A stretch of DNA of 46,001 bases, from the NCBI GenBank assembly GCA_964409675.1, contig CAYPEF010000004.1, forward strand, positions 1 to 46,001, in the 5' to 3' direction. The translations under genes and the position numbers were made by a program. The notes under the pieces are model-generated. The model did no database searches. It was not told the DNA's origin and saw only the letters and a list, made by a program, of their open reading frames with translations. This document shows, one piece after another, positions 26,140 through 36,100 of this stretch. The DNA comes from an uncultured Rickettsiales bacterium. Lineage in GTDB: Bacteria; Pseudomonadota; Alphaproteobacteria; Rickettsiales; SXRF01. Positions within the stretch are counted from its first letter, which is position 1. Each line of letters starts with the position of its first letter.

Positions 26140-26673
26140 TTATACGAGGCTGGTGATCGGCTCCAGGTTCTTGTAGTAAAACCGCCCGGCCACCATCTGG
26201 GCGCTCACGAATTCATAGGTGGGAAGCGTGCCCCACAGCACATAGCCGCTTTCCTCATAGAGCCGGATCGCCGCCTCCTGCGTCTCGCGCACGCTGAGCT
26301 TCAGCACGGAAAACCCCTGTTTCCGCGCCTCGCGCTCGGCTTCTTCCAGCAGCGCTTTCGCCAGCCCATGCCCACGCGCCCACGGGGCCACAAAGTGCGC
26401 CTCGATGGAGGCGGCAAAGGAGGAGGTTTCCTTGCTCAACCCCGGCTTCACCAGCTGAATGCTTCCCGCCAGCGTGCCGTCCAGCCGCCCGCCCAGCAGC
26501 ACGCGCTCCGGCACCACCAGCACCCCGTTCCAGTAAGTCTCCAGCGTATCGCGCGACGGCGGAATTACCCAGTTGAAGCCAATACCTTCGCGGATGGCGT
26601 CCTCGGTCGCCTGCACGAGGTCAGACAAATCGGCATGGCGGAATTCGGTGAGACGCTCGACTTTGACAGCCAT
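26140..26673 (-). CDS. GNAT family N-acetyltransferase
   Basis: Acetyl-CoA binding-type segment VAPWARGHGLAKALLEEAEREAR. Size typical of GNATs. Confidence 0.8.
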   Translation of the reverse strand: MAVKVERLTEFRHADLSDLVQATEDAIREGIGFNWVIPPSRDTLETYWNGVLVVPERVLLGGRLDGTLAGSIQLVKPGLSKETSSFAASIEAHFVAPWARGHGLAKALLEEAEREARKQGFSVLKLSVRETQEAAIRLYEESGYVLWGTLPTYEFVSAQMVAGRFYYKNLEPITSLV

Positions 26674-26750
26674 AATAAAATCAGAAGGATAAAAAGACCA
26701 CCGGATGACTACCCGATTCTCCGCGCTACGTCACCCATTAATCGATGAAT

Positions 26751-27389
26751 TTATGCACTAAGAAAATTCTGCAGCAACTTTAGCCCCGCCGACTGACTCT
26801 TTTCCGGATGAAACTGCGTGCCCATAATGTTCCCGCGCCCGATCACCGCCGCTATTTCTCCGCCATACTCGCTCACGGCCAGCACATCCTTTACATGCGC
26901 GCAGCGTGCATGGTAGCTGTGCACGAAATAGGCGTGCGCCCTGTTCTCAATCCCCTCTAGCAGCTTATGCGCGGGCGCTTTCACGCGTAGCTCATTCCAG
27001 CCCATATGCGGAATTTTGAGCGAAGCATCCGCCGGCGCAAGCGGCACCACTTCTCCTTTTATCCACCCGAGCCCTGCATGCTCGCCATGCTCGAATCCGC
27101 GCTCCAGCAGCATCTGCATGCCGACGCATATTCCTAAAAACGGCGTATCGCGCACCACGCACCGCTCCTGCATCGCCTCGATCATGCCGGTAATGGCGCG
27201 CAGGCCCCGCATGCAGTCGGCATAGGCCCCGACACCGGGCAGCACGATATGGGTGGCCTTGGCAAGCTCCGCCGGGTCGGGCGTTACTATAATCGCATCC
27301 TGCGCATCCGCCACATACTCAAAGGCTTTGGCCACCGAGCGCAAATTACCCGAGCCGTAATCGATGATAACAACACGCCGTGACGGCAT
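26751..27389 (-). CDS. hisH: imidazole glycerol phosphate synthase glutaminase subunit
   Basis: VVIIDYGSGNLRSV, GICVGMQ (catalytic Cys), FHPEKS. Confidence 0.95.
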   Translation of the reverse strand: MPSRRVVIIDYGSGNLRSVAKAFEYVADAQDAIIVTPDPAELAKATHIVLPGVGAYADCMRGLRAITGMIEAMQERCVVRDTPFLGICVGMQMLLERGFEHGEHAGLGWIKGEVVPLAPADASLKIPHMGWNELRVKAPAHKLLEGIENRAHAYFVHSYHARCAHVKDVLAVSEYGGEIAAVIGRGNIMGTQFHPEKSQSAGLKLLQNFLSA

Positions 27390-27787
27390 CAGGAAAACAC
27401 GGATTGCGGCGCCAGCAACCGCTCAAAATAACGTTGCTCGGCACGCAGCTTACTGTCGCCGGTGACGATATCGGCGGTGATATAACCCTGCCGCTTCAGC
27501 CGCGCGCGCAGCCAGTCATTGGCCGTGAATCCCACCACCGCCTGCACCCCCAGCTGCGCCATGCCAATGCTGATTGGGTGCAGCACATGCTCCGCCTTCA
27601 GCGCATAGAGCGCCAGCTGCACGGCAAACACGCCCGCCGCCGCCAGCCACAAGCGCTGGTAAAGCAGCCAGACCACCATCAGGAAAAACGCGGGGAAGCT
27701 GAAGCCTTCCTTCACGAACCGCACCTCCTCCGGAGTCGCGCTGCCGGGCTTGCGGTGCACGCTGTAAATATGCAGGCGGTTAAACAT
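27389..27787 (-). CDS. DUF2628-like small membrane protein
   Basis: Two TM segments. Located between hisB and hisH, start/stop-coupled to both. Confidence 0.6.
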   Translation of the reverse strand: MFNRLHIYSVHRKPGSATPEEVRFVKEGFSFPAFFLMVVWLLYQRLWLAAAGVFAVQLALYALKAEHVLHPISIGMAQLGVQAVVGFTANDWLRARLKRQGYITADIVTGDSKLRAEQRYFERLLAPQSVFS

Positions 27788-28395
27788 TAGAGCGAACTCC
27801 CCAGCGTGCCCTTGGTGGAGGGAACGCTGCCTTGCTGCCGCGGATCGAGCGCCACCGCCTCCCTCAGCGCCCTCGCCAGCCCTTTAAAGCAGGATTCAAC
27901 GATATGGTGCGTATTCACCCCGTACAGATTCTCCACATGCAGCGTCGCCCCCGCCGCGAAGGCAAACGCCTGGAACCATTCGCGGAACAACTCGGTATCC
28001 ATCTCGCCGAGCTTGGGCTTCGGCATCTCCACCTTCCACACCAAATAGGGCCGGCCCGATAAATCAATCGCCACCCGCGTCAGCGTTTCATCCATGGGGA
28101 TATAGGCATGCGCATAGCGGGTGATACCCTTACGCTCGCCCAGCGCCTGCGCCACCGCCTGCCCGATCAGGATGCCGGAATCCTCGGTGGTGTGGTGCCC
28201 GTCGATATGCAAATCCCCTTTTGCCTCCAGCGTCAAGTCCATCAGGCTATGCCGCGAAAGCTGCTCCAGCATATGATCGAGAAATCCGATGCCGGTGGAA
28301 ACGCGGTACACACCGGTTCCATCGAGATTCAGCTCGGCGCGGATTTGTGTTTCTTTGGTATTGCGGGAGAGGGAGGCGGTGCGCGGTTGGGTCAT
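27787..28395 (-). CDS. hisB: imidazoleglycerol-phosphate dehydratase
   Basis: [13 protein letters not shown]...[10 protein letters not shown]...NTHHIVE. Start trimmed to MTQPRT. Confidence 0.95.
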   Translation of the reverse strand: MTQPRTASLSRNTKETQIRAELNLDGTGVYRVSTGIGFLDHMLEQLSRHSLMDLTLEAKGDLHIDGHHTTEDSGILIGQAVAQALGERKGITRYAHAYIPMDETLTRVAIDLSGRPYLVWKVEMPKPKLGEMDTELFREWFQAFAFAAGATLHVENLYGVNTHHIVESCFKGLARALREAVALDPRQQGSVPSTKGTLGSSL

Positions 28396-28500
28396 AGGGA
28401 GTATATTACGCAAATAAAACGCTTCTTTTCAAATAGTTCTTTACAAAACCAGCAAAAATGGTTATATATAAATACACCATATTAGGTATATAGGTATAAA

Positions 28501-28755
28501 ATGGTCTTAAGCATCAAAGACCCGGAAGCGGACCGGCTGGCGCGCGCGCTGGCAGCCAAAACCGGCGAAACCATTACCGCCGCCATCATCTCGGCGCTGC
28601 GTGAACGCATGGCGCAGGAGAATCACAAGCAGGGGCTGGCCGACATTGTCGTTGAAGAAGCGCTTGCCATCGGCCAGCATTGCTCCCGCCTGCCGGTACT
28701 GGATGCGCGCAGCCTGGAATCCATGCTCTATGACGAAAACGGCCTTCCCAAGTGA
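28501..28755 (+). CDS. vapB: type II antitoxin, VapB-like
   Basis: MVLSIKDPEADRLARALAAKTGETITAAI is the typical antitoxin N-terminus. Overlaps the PIN toxin gene by 4 nt. Confidence 0.8.
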   Translation: MVLSIKDPEADRLARALAAKTGETITAAIISALRERMAQENHKQGLADIVVEEALAIGQHCSRLPVLDARSLESMLYDENGLPK

Positions 28756-29144
28756 TTATCGATAGCTCCGCCGTCATGGCCATCCTGATGGATGAACCGG
28801 AAGCCAAACGTTTTGCGCTGGCAATTGCACACTCGCCGCGACGCTCCATGTCATCGGCGACATGGCTGGAAGTCAGCATGGCCATTACCCTGCGCCATGG
28901 CGAAGAAGGCGTGCGCAGCTTCGATCTGCTTGCCGCCAAGCTGGAACTGGCCATTATTCCTTTCACTCATATACACGCCACCATCGCGCGGCGCGCCTTT
29001 ATCCGCTACGGCAAAAGCCTTCACACCGCCCGGCTGAACTTCGGCGATTGCATGGCCTACGCACTGGCCAAAGAAACCGGCGAGCCGCTCTTATTCAAAG
29101 GCGAGGATTTCTCCCGAACCGATATCGAAGCCGCCCCGTATTAA
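28752..29144 (+). CDS. vapC: PIN-domain ribonuclease toxin VapC
   Basis: MIIDSSAVMAIL (first acidic residue), ...NFGDCMAYALA (late acidic residue). About 130 aa. Confidence 0.85.
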   Translation: MIIDSSAVMAILMDEPEAKRFALAIAHSPRRSMSSATWLEVSMAITLRHGEEGVRSFDLLAAKLELAIIPFTHIHATIARRAFIRYGKSLHTARLNFGDCMAYALAKETGEPLLFKGEDFSRTDIEAAPY

Positions 29145-29198
29145 CGCTTCCGCTTGAATGCAGGGCCGGAGCACTTATCTGATAGGCATAGCCTCTTC

Positions 29199-29783
29199 AT
29201 GAAAGATATTTCCATGCTCAACCCCACCAATCCCCACCCCAATGACTCCCTCTGGTATGGCACCACCATCCTCTGCGTGCGGAAAGACGGCAAAACCGTC
29301 ATCGCCGGCGACGGACAGGTAAGCCTTGGCCCCACCATCATCAAGGCCACCGCCAGAAAAGTGCGCACGCTGGCAAACGGCAGCATCATCGCCGGCTTTG
29401 CGGGAGCCACCGCCGACGCCTTCACCCTGTTCGAGCGGTTGGAAGCCAAGCTGGAGAAACACCCCGGCCAGCTTACCCGCGCCTGCGTGGAACTGGCCAA
29501 GGACTGGCGCACCGACCGTTACCTGCGCCGCCTGGAAGCCATGATGGCCGTGGCCGACGCCAAAACCTCCCTCATCCTCTCCGGCACCGGCGACGTGCTG
29601 GAGCCGGAAGACGGCGTCATCGGCATCGGCTCCGGCGGCAATTACGCACTGGCCGCCGCAAGGGCGCTCAAGGAAGTGGCCGGAATGGACGCCGAAGAGA
29701 TTGTAAAACGCGCGATGAAGATCGCAGCCGATATCTGCGTCTATAGCAACCACAATGTGACGATGGAGCGGCTTGCAGAGTAA
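29199..29783 (+). CDS. hslV: ATP-dependent protease subunit HslV
   Basis: [23 protein letters not shown]..., [14 protein letters not shown]. Start ambiguous (29154, 29199 or 29214). Confidence 0.92.
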   Translation: MKDISMLNPTNPHPNDSLWYGTTILCVRKDGKTVIAGDGQVSLGPTIIKATARKVRTLANGSIIAGFAGATADAFTLFERLEAKLEKHPGQLTRACVELAKDWRTDRYLRRLEAMMAVADAKTSLILSGTGDVLEPEDGVIGIGSGGNYALAAARALKEVAGMDAEEIVKRAMKIAADICVYSNHNVTMERLAE

Positions 29784-29893
29784 CGCCCACAAAAAAACAC
29801 TAATAAAGCAGCGACTTAATATAATTTGTTTGAATAATATCATAATTTCCATTAATATTTTAGGCTAAGATTTTAACTTTCAAAGCCATTATT

Positions 29894-30643
29894 ATGGAAC
29901 TATCAAAGGAAGATGCGCTGCTTTGGCTAAAAGAAAGATTACCCTGGCGCTCCAGTAGCCAAGGAATTCCCAAAATCTACTATGACACTTCGCAAGACCT
30001 TATAGCTCGAGCGCATGATTTGGATCAAAGCGATAAAGCATTTGTAAGCAAAGTATTAGAAAAGCATTCGCATTACCATGCAAATCATTTATATGGAGCG
30101 TTAAAACTAGGAAATAATACGCATCATCATTTATGGATTAAGAACGATTTAACGCGCAGATTGCTATCTGATCCCGATTTAGCTAAAGCTTGTAGCATTA
30201 AAAGCAGGGATAAAACTTTTATCGATGATATATTGACTATCGCCGCTAGCATTCCCGGATGGGAACGGGATAATAAAGGCAAGCTTTGCTACGTAGATAA
30301 AAAATTTTTTGCTGCCATGGAAGAACGAGGGGTTTGCGGAAGAGATTTAGCCTATCTTTTGCACGATGGTGCGGTAATGCATTTTGTTCCCGGCAAAATT
30401 GGCGATCCGCAAATTTTTCATTTTCGAGAACCGCTTAATACCTATTTTGAGCAACAATTCTCACAATCGCAACGTAACGCCTCAATGCGTGCTGCAGAGG
30501 GAATAAATCCGCATATGGAAGAAATGCGCCTGTATGCCACATCCGTTGTACAGCCTGCAGGCGAATGGTGCGATCGATTATCTTCACCTTCTGTTTCTAA
30601 AAACCTTAGCGACTATATAAAGACTGGTCGTAGCCGCGAATAG
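29894..30643 (+). CDS. hypothetical protein in an AT-rich insert
   Basis: Long ORF whose composition is clearly more AT-rich than its neighbours. AT-rich flanks. No recognisable motif. Confidence 0.55.
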   Translation: MELSKEDALLWLKERLPWRSSSQGIPKIYYDTSQDLIARAHDLDQSDKAFVSKVLEKHSHYHANHLYGALKLGNNTHHHLWIKNDLTRRLLSDPDLAKACSIKSRDKTFIDDILTIAASIPGWERDNKGKLCYVDKKFFAAMEERGVCGRDLAYLLHDGAVMHFVPGKIGDPQIFHFREPLNTYFEQQFSQSQRNASMRAAEGINPHMEEMRLYATSVVQPAGEWCDRLSSPSVSKNLSDYIKTGRSRE

Positions 30644-30718
30644 TGTAATCGTTAAAACATTTGACATACGCCAGACAGGCCGCATCATGCACGCTGGTCA
30701 AATAGCCTGCCTATCGCA

Positions 30719-32266
30719 ATGTCCCTCATCAAATCCACCGCCACTATCGGCTTCTATACCCTGATTTCGCGCATCCTCGGCTTCCTGCGCGACGTCACGA
30801 TTGCCTCCGGTATCGGGGCCAGCATGCTGTCGGATGCGTTTTTTGTGGCGTTTAAAATCCCCAATTTCCTGCGCCGCCTGTTCGCCGAGGGCGCGTTCAA
30901 CTCCGCCTTCGTCCCCATGTATGCCGGGATGCTGGCTGCTGAAGGCAAGGAAAAAGCGATGGAATTTGCCGATGAAGCGCTTTCCTTCCTTGTTTGCACG
31001 CTCCTCATCATCAGCGCCGCGTGCATTCTCTTCATGCCGTTTTTAATGCCGGTGCTGGCGCCGGGATTTTCGGGTGAGAAATACGACATTACGGTGACGC
31101 TGACCCGCATCACCATGCCTTATATCATCTTCATCTCGGTGGTGTCGCTCTTAGGCGGCATCCTGAACAGCTTCCACCGCTTTGCTGCTGTGGCCGCCAC
31201 GCCGATCCTGATGAATATCTGCCTGCTGGTCATCCCCACGCTGGTAGAGCCATTCGTACCCACTTTCGCGCATGCGCTGAGCGTCGCCGTGTTTGCCGCA
31301 GGCGTGGCGCAGATGGTCTGGCTGATTGTCTTCTGCAAGCGCCTGCGCATCATGCCGCGTCTGAAAGCGCCGAAACTCACGGCGGAGGTGAAGAAGCTCC
31401 TCGCCCTGATCGCCCCTGCGGCTCTGGGGGCAGGCGTGGCGCAGGTAAATTTATTCATCGACCTCATCATCGCCTCCACCGTGGATAAGGGCGTCTCCTA
31501 CCTGTACTATGCCGACCGCATCAATGAGCTGCCGCTCGCAGTGATCGGCATTGCCGTCGGCACCGTGCTGCTGCCCATGCTCTCCCGCCAGGTGCGCGAA
31601 GGCAAGCGTGAGGAAGCCAGCCACAGCCAGAACCGCGCGCTGGAGCTGGCGCTTTTCTTAAGCCTGCCCGCCAGCGCCGCGCTGATGGTGATCGCCGAGC
31701 CGATTGTGCGTGTGCTGTATGAACGCGGCGAATACAGCCTTGCCGATTCGCTGGCCACCGCGCCCGCCCTGATGGCCTTTGCCGCCGGCCTGCCCGCCTT
31801 TGTGCTGGTCAAGGTACTCTCCCCGGCCTTTTACGCCAACCGCGACACCAAAACCCCGTTCAAGATCGCCACGCTCTGCATCGTGGTGAATCTCTGCCTG
31901 AACCTCACGCTGATCGGACCGTTCAAGCATGTCGGCATGGCCATGGCCACTTCGGTTTCCGGCTGGCTCAACGTAGGCCTGATGATCATTATCCTGCACC
32001 GCCGCGCCCTCTTTTCCGCCGACCGGATACTTCTGCAACGCCTGCCGCGCATCCTGCTGGCGGTAGCCGCCATGAGCGCGGCGCTCTATGCGCTGAGCCC
32101 TCATCTCGCCGCCTACTGGGAAGCGCATTTCCTGCTGAAAGCCGCCGCGCTGAGCGCACTGGTCATCGCCGGCATCGCCACCTATGCCGCCACCGCGCTT
32201 CTGACCGGCGCCGTCAGCCCCGCGCATCTGCGCAGCATGCTGCGCCGCAGCAAAAAAAGCTCGTAA
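30719..32266 (+). CDS. murJ: lipid II flippase MurJ
   Basis: TLISRILGFLRDVTIASGIGASMLSDAFFVAFKIPNFLRRLFAEGAFNSAFVPMY. Confidence 0.95.
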   Translation: MSLIKSTATIGFYTLISRILGFLRDVTIASGIGASMLSDAFFVAFKIPNFLRRLFAEGAFNSAFVPMYAGMLAAEGKEKAMEFADEALSFLVCTLLIISAACILFMPFLMPVLAPGFSGEKYDITVTLTRITMPYIIFISVVSLLGGILNSFHRFAAVAATPILMNICLLVIPTLVEPFVPTFAHALSVAVFAAGVAQMVWLIVFCKRLRIMPRLKAPKLTAEVKKLLALIAPAALGAGVAQVNLFIDLIIASTVDKGVSYLYYADRINELPLAVIGIAVGTVLLPMLSRQVREGKREEASHSQNRALELALFLSLPASAALMVIAEPIVRVLYERGEYSLADSLATAPALMAFAAGLPAFVLVKVLSPAFYANRDTKTPFKIATLCIVVNLCLNLTLIGPFKHVGMAMATSVSGWLNVGLMIIILHRRALFSADRILLQRLPRILLAVAAMSAALYALSPHLAAYWEAHFLLKAAALSALVIAGIATYAATALLTGAVSPAHLRSMLRRSKKSS

Positions 32267-32267
32267 C

Positions 32268-33038
32268 ATGCTATTGATTCTCTCCCCCTCCAAAACGCAG
32301 GATTTCGAAAGCCCGCTCCCGAAACTGCCCTGTACATTGCCGGAACTTCGCAACGACTCGCTGCTGCTGGTGAAGGAGCTGAAGAAATACAGCCCGGCCA
32401 GGCTCGAATCGCTGATGGATATCAGCCCCAAGCTCGCAAGCCTGAATCATGAGCGCTTCCAGCGATTCGCACCGGAATTTACCGAAGCGAACGCCCGCCC
32501 CGCCCTGCTCGCCTTCCGCGGCGACGTCTATGACGGGCTGCAGGCCGACAGCTTCTCCAAAGCCGACATCACCTTCGCGCAATCGCACTTGCGCATCCTC
32601 TCCGGCCTTTACGGCCTTCTCCGCCCGCTCGACCTGATCCAGCCCTACCGGCTGGAGATGAAAACAAAACTGAAAACCCCGCGCAGGAAGGATTTATACG
32701 CCTTCTGGGGCAGTCGCATCACCGACCGGCTGAACGACGCGCTGGCGGCTTCCGGTAATGATACGCTGATCAACCTCGCCTCGGAGGAGTATTTCAAAGC
32801 GGTACAGCCGGAAAAACTGAAAGGCACCATCATCACTCCAGTATTCAAAGAGCATCACAAGGGCAAACTACAGGTGATCGCCCTGTTCGCCAAGCAGGCG
32901 CGGGGGATGATGGCAAACTACTGTATAAAAGAAAGAATCCGCAAACCTGACCTGTTACGGTCTTTTAACATGAATGGGTACTGTTTTGCCCCTGACCTTT
33001 CGGATGCTGCCACATGGGTATTTGCACGCCGTCAGTAA
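32268..33038 (+). CDS. yaaA: peroxide stress protein YaaA (DUF328)
   Basis: MLLILSPSKTQ..., YRLEM..., length typical. Confidence 0.88.
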   Translation: MLLILSPSKTQDFESPLPKLPCTLPELRNDSLLLVKELKKYSPARLESLMDISPKLASLNHERFQRFAPEFTEANARPALLAFRGDVYDGLQADSFSKADITFAQSHLRILSGLYGLLRPLDLIQPYRLEMKTKLKTPRRKDLYAFWGSRITDRLNDALAASGNDTLINLASEEYFKAVQPEKLKGTIITPVFKEHHKGKLQVIALFAKQARGMMANYCIKERIRKPDLLRSFNMNGYCFAPDLSDAATWVFARRQ

Positions 33039-33117
33039 AAAAACCTGCCGCCTATGGCCTAATTTAAAGTGGATTTCCGGTTAGGCGCTTACTATAGTAA
33101 CATCTTAACCATTATTA

Positions 33118-36100
33118 ATGTCAATCCGCATGCATCCTTCTACTGACGCCCCATCTTCCCCACTTCCTTTCCACACCTTATCGCCCGCAAAACTGGCGGA
33201 AACGCTTGGGAAAGCGATGCAGACGAAAAAGCTGAGCCCTGAGGAACGAATCTATGCGCGCGCCCTGCTGCTAAGCGTTGCCGGCGTTGGGGTTGGGATC
33301 ATGGCAGAAGAATCAAGCCTGCGCGGCGGCACCCAGGCTCGTAAAGCATCCCCCGCCTGGAGCATTCCACGGGTTGGCACCTATGAAGGCTCGCTGTACG
33401 ATTTGATCGATGCCGCAAAAACGCACGCGGTGGAGCGCAGCATACAGCCGCAAACTATCACCATTACTGCGCACCCCAATTTCAGCCGCTCACACAGGCT
33501 GGTTGAACTCAGCCATGACTTAAGCCGCGAGCTTGGCAAGCTGGACCGACAGGCGCAGGCGGAAATCGAGCGTACCGGCGCGCTTCCCGGCACCAATGCC
33601 GGCAAAACCATTACGGAAATTCTGGCAAGCATCAAGCGCGAACTAAAGCCGCGCACCGGTCGCAACCGCTATGAAGAATTGAAAGAAACCACGCTTGATT
33701 TTATCCCCACCCTGATGCAGGCGGCGGATGAACAGATCGACCTGTTTAAAACGCGCAAGGCTATATTGCGCGGCGGCCAGGGCGAAGCAAAAGCGACCTT
33801 TACCAGCCTGGCGCAACTGGATGCGGTAGCGGCGACCTTGCCTAAATACAATAGCTGGTTCGCCGATGGCGACGGCAAACGCACCTGCCACGTCTATGAT
33901 ATGGAAGTCGCCGTTCCGGCGGTAAAGCGGGCCACCTACGCGCATTACCAAGCCGCACTCGATGGATTTAAGAAATTGCCGAACGGCAAGCTGGGGGCCG
34001 TGGATGTAGACCGCTGGAAGCGCGAGCTCGGCAATGAAATCACGCTGCTGCATGACGTAGAGGAACGAGCGGTAAAACGCATGCAGGCATTGAATGAATT
34101 TCTTGCCGCCTCGGAAGAATATCGCAAAGCCGACCCGCAGAATGTACCGGCACAGCGTAAAGTGGATGCCGCGCGCATCAAAGCCCAGGCGGCCAGCTCC
34201 GCCTATATGGAGAAGCTGAACGAAAAGATCGACGGCCAGCCTGTGTATGATATCCTGAGGCAGGATAAAATATCCAGGCTGCGGCAGGAAATCGGCGGGG
34301 CGCTGTCAGAAGCATATTCTGGAAAAACCACGCTCGATCCACTGCATAAGGAATTAGCGGAAGATTTATATACTAAATTATCCGCTTACGGCAATTTCGC
34401 CGTGCGCATGCAGCGGCGCGAAAACGCCAAGGAATACCGCGAGGTATTTGAATATCTCATGAAAAACTGCGACTCCTTGCGCAAGGAAGTAGCGCAGCGC
34501 AGCGGACTCAGTGAAGCCGAGGTGCAAGCCACGCAGCTGGATAGCAAAACGTCGCGCCAGTCGAGCAGGTTCAGCCGCGCCGTGCGCGCCCTGGCCGAAG
34601 CAGCCATGGATGATGCCAGCTCCGTCCGTCAACTGATATATGACCATTACCGCAGCCTTGCCGGCGATCTGGAGAAAGTGCGTAAACCTGGCGATAACGG
34701 CAATACGGGTGATGAAATCAAACCGCTGGAATACCGGGAACTGCTGACACTGGACGCGCTGGGATATTTCAATATGTCGCGGCTATACCCGGAAGCGTTC
34801 CAGGGTGGCTTCGTCATTGCCGAATATGCGCAGCCCAACACCACCTTCCTGCAGGAGCATGCCGACCCGCAACATAAGCAAGATGTGGCAAATGAGGTAA
34901 AAACCCGCGCCAAGACCGATATGGAGCTGCAGGTCGCGCTGGCGCGCTCCATGTGGGAACTCTCGCCCAGCGACAAGCAGGCAGGTAGAAAAGCCGTTTC
35001 CCTTCCCCTGATCCCGCTGCATGAAGACCCGGTGGCGCTTGAACATATCCCCGCCGCGCAGGCGGCATTGCGCGAGGGACCGCTTGCGCAGTATTTGCTG
35101 GAATATATGGGCATCAGAGGAAGCGAAGAAGAAAAAGCGGCGCTCGCGGCGCAGAAAGCGGTGCAGTACGTTACGGAATCCGGTGATTCCACCGCCAACC
35201 GCGGGCGCGAGGCAAATCATACAGAAAACTGGGACAAGGTAATGAAAGCGCAGGCCAAGCCGCTGACCGCCTATCAGGATCTGCGCCGCTACGGCTTCTC
35301 CGACGCCGAGATGGAACGCGCCAGCCTGGATATCGCCCTGCTGAAAAAAACCCATATCCTGGAAGGCCCGCCAGACATGGAGGCCTGTAGCGACAACAGC
35401 AAGCGCGCCACCATCATCGGCGCCGAGTTGGCCGAGCATTCGGTGCGTGAAAAAGCGCTGACGCAAGCGAAGCTGGCCGCGTCGAAAAACGAAAGCGAGC
35501 GCATGCCTCTGGTATTCGGCGGCCAGAATTACATGCTACGCAAACCTAAATATTACGGCCAGGGCGGCGCCGTCTCCCGCGCCACCGATACACCACTCGA
35601 TACGGTACAGGCCACCTTCCAGGGAGAGCATCCCATGATGTTCGTGCCACGGTCGCTGGCACAGAAAGCCTATCACTCCCTGCTGGGGCGCCTGTACCTT
35701 ACCGGCGAAGCCGCCTCCGGGCGCGCACCGGCGGCGGAATTGCAGGCAATCGCCTCCAGCGTCAACGGCACCGGGCTGGCCGCCAATATGGGCAACCGGC
35801 TGGGCTTTCCCGGCTCCGCCATGAGCGATGACGAGCGGGCACTGATGGAGCATACGATTGCATCCCGTATCGCCTCCACGCGCGATGATGAGCGCTATAA
35901 CCGCTGGATGGAAAAATATGGCGGCCCGGCCCTTAATTACAGCGCCCGCGCCGGCAGCCGCGGTCAGGGCTTTAATGACGAGCGCGCCATCGGTGTAGCT
36001 GCCAAGGAAGGGCTGGCGGGGATATTTTCGAATATCATCGGCCTCTCGGCGCTGTTCGATTTCGGCCATATCGGCGGCGGCGGCGGCGTAATGACCGAAG

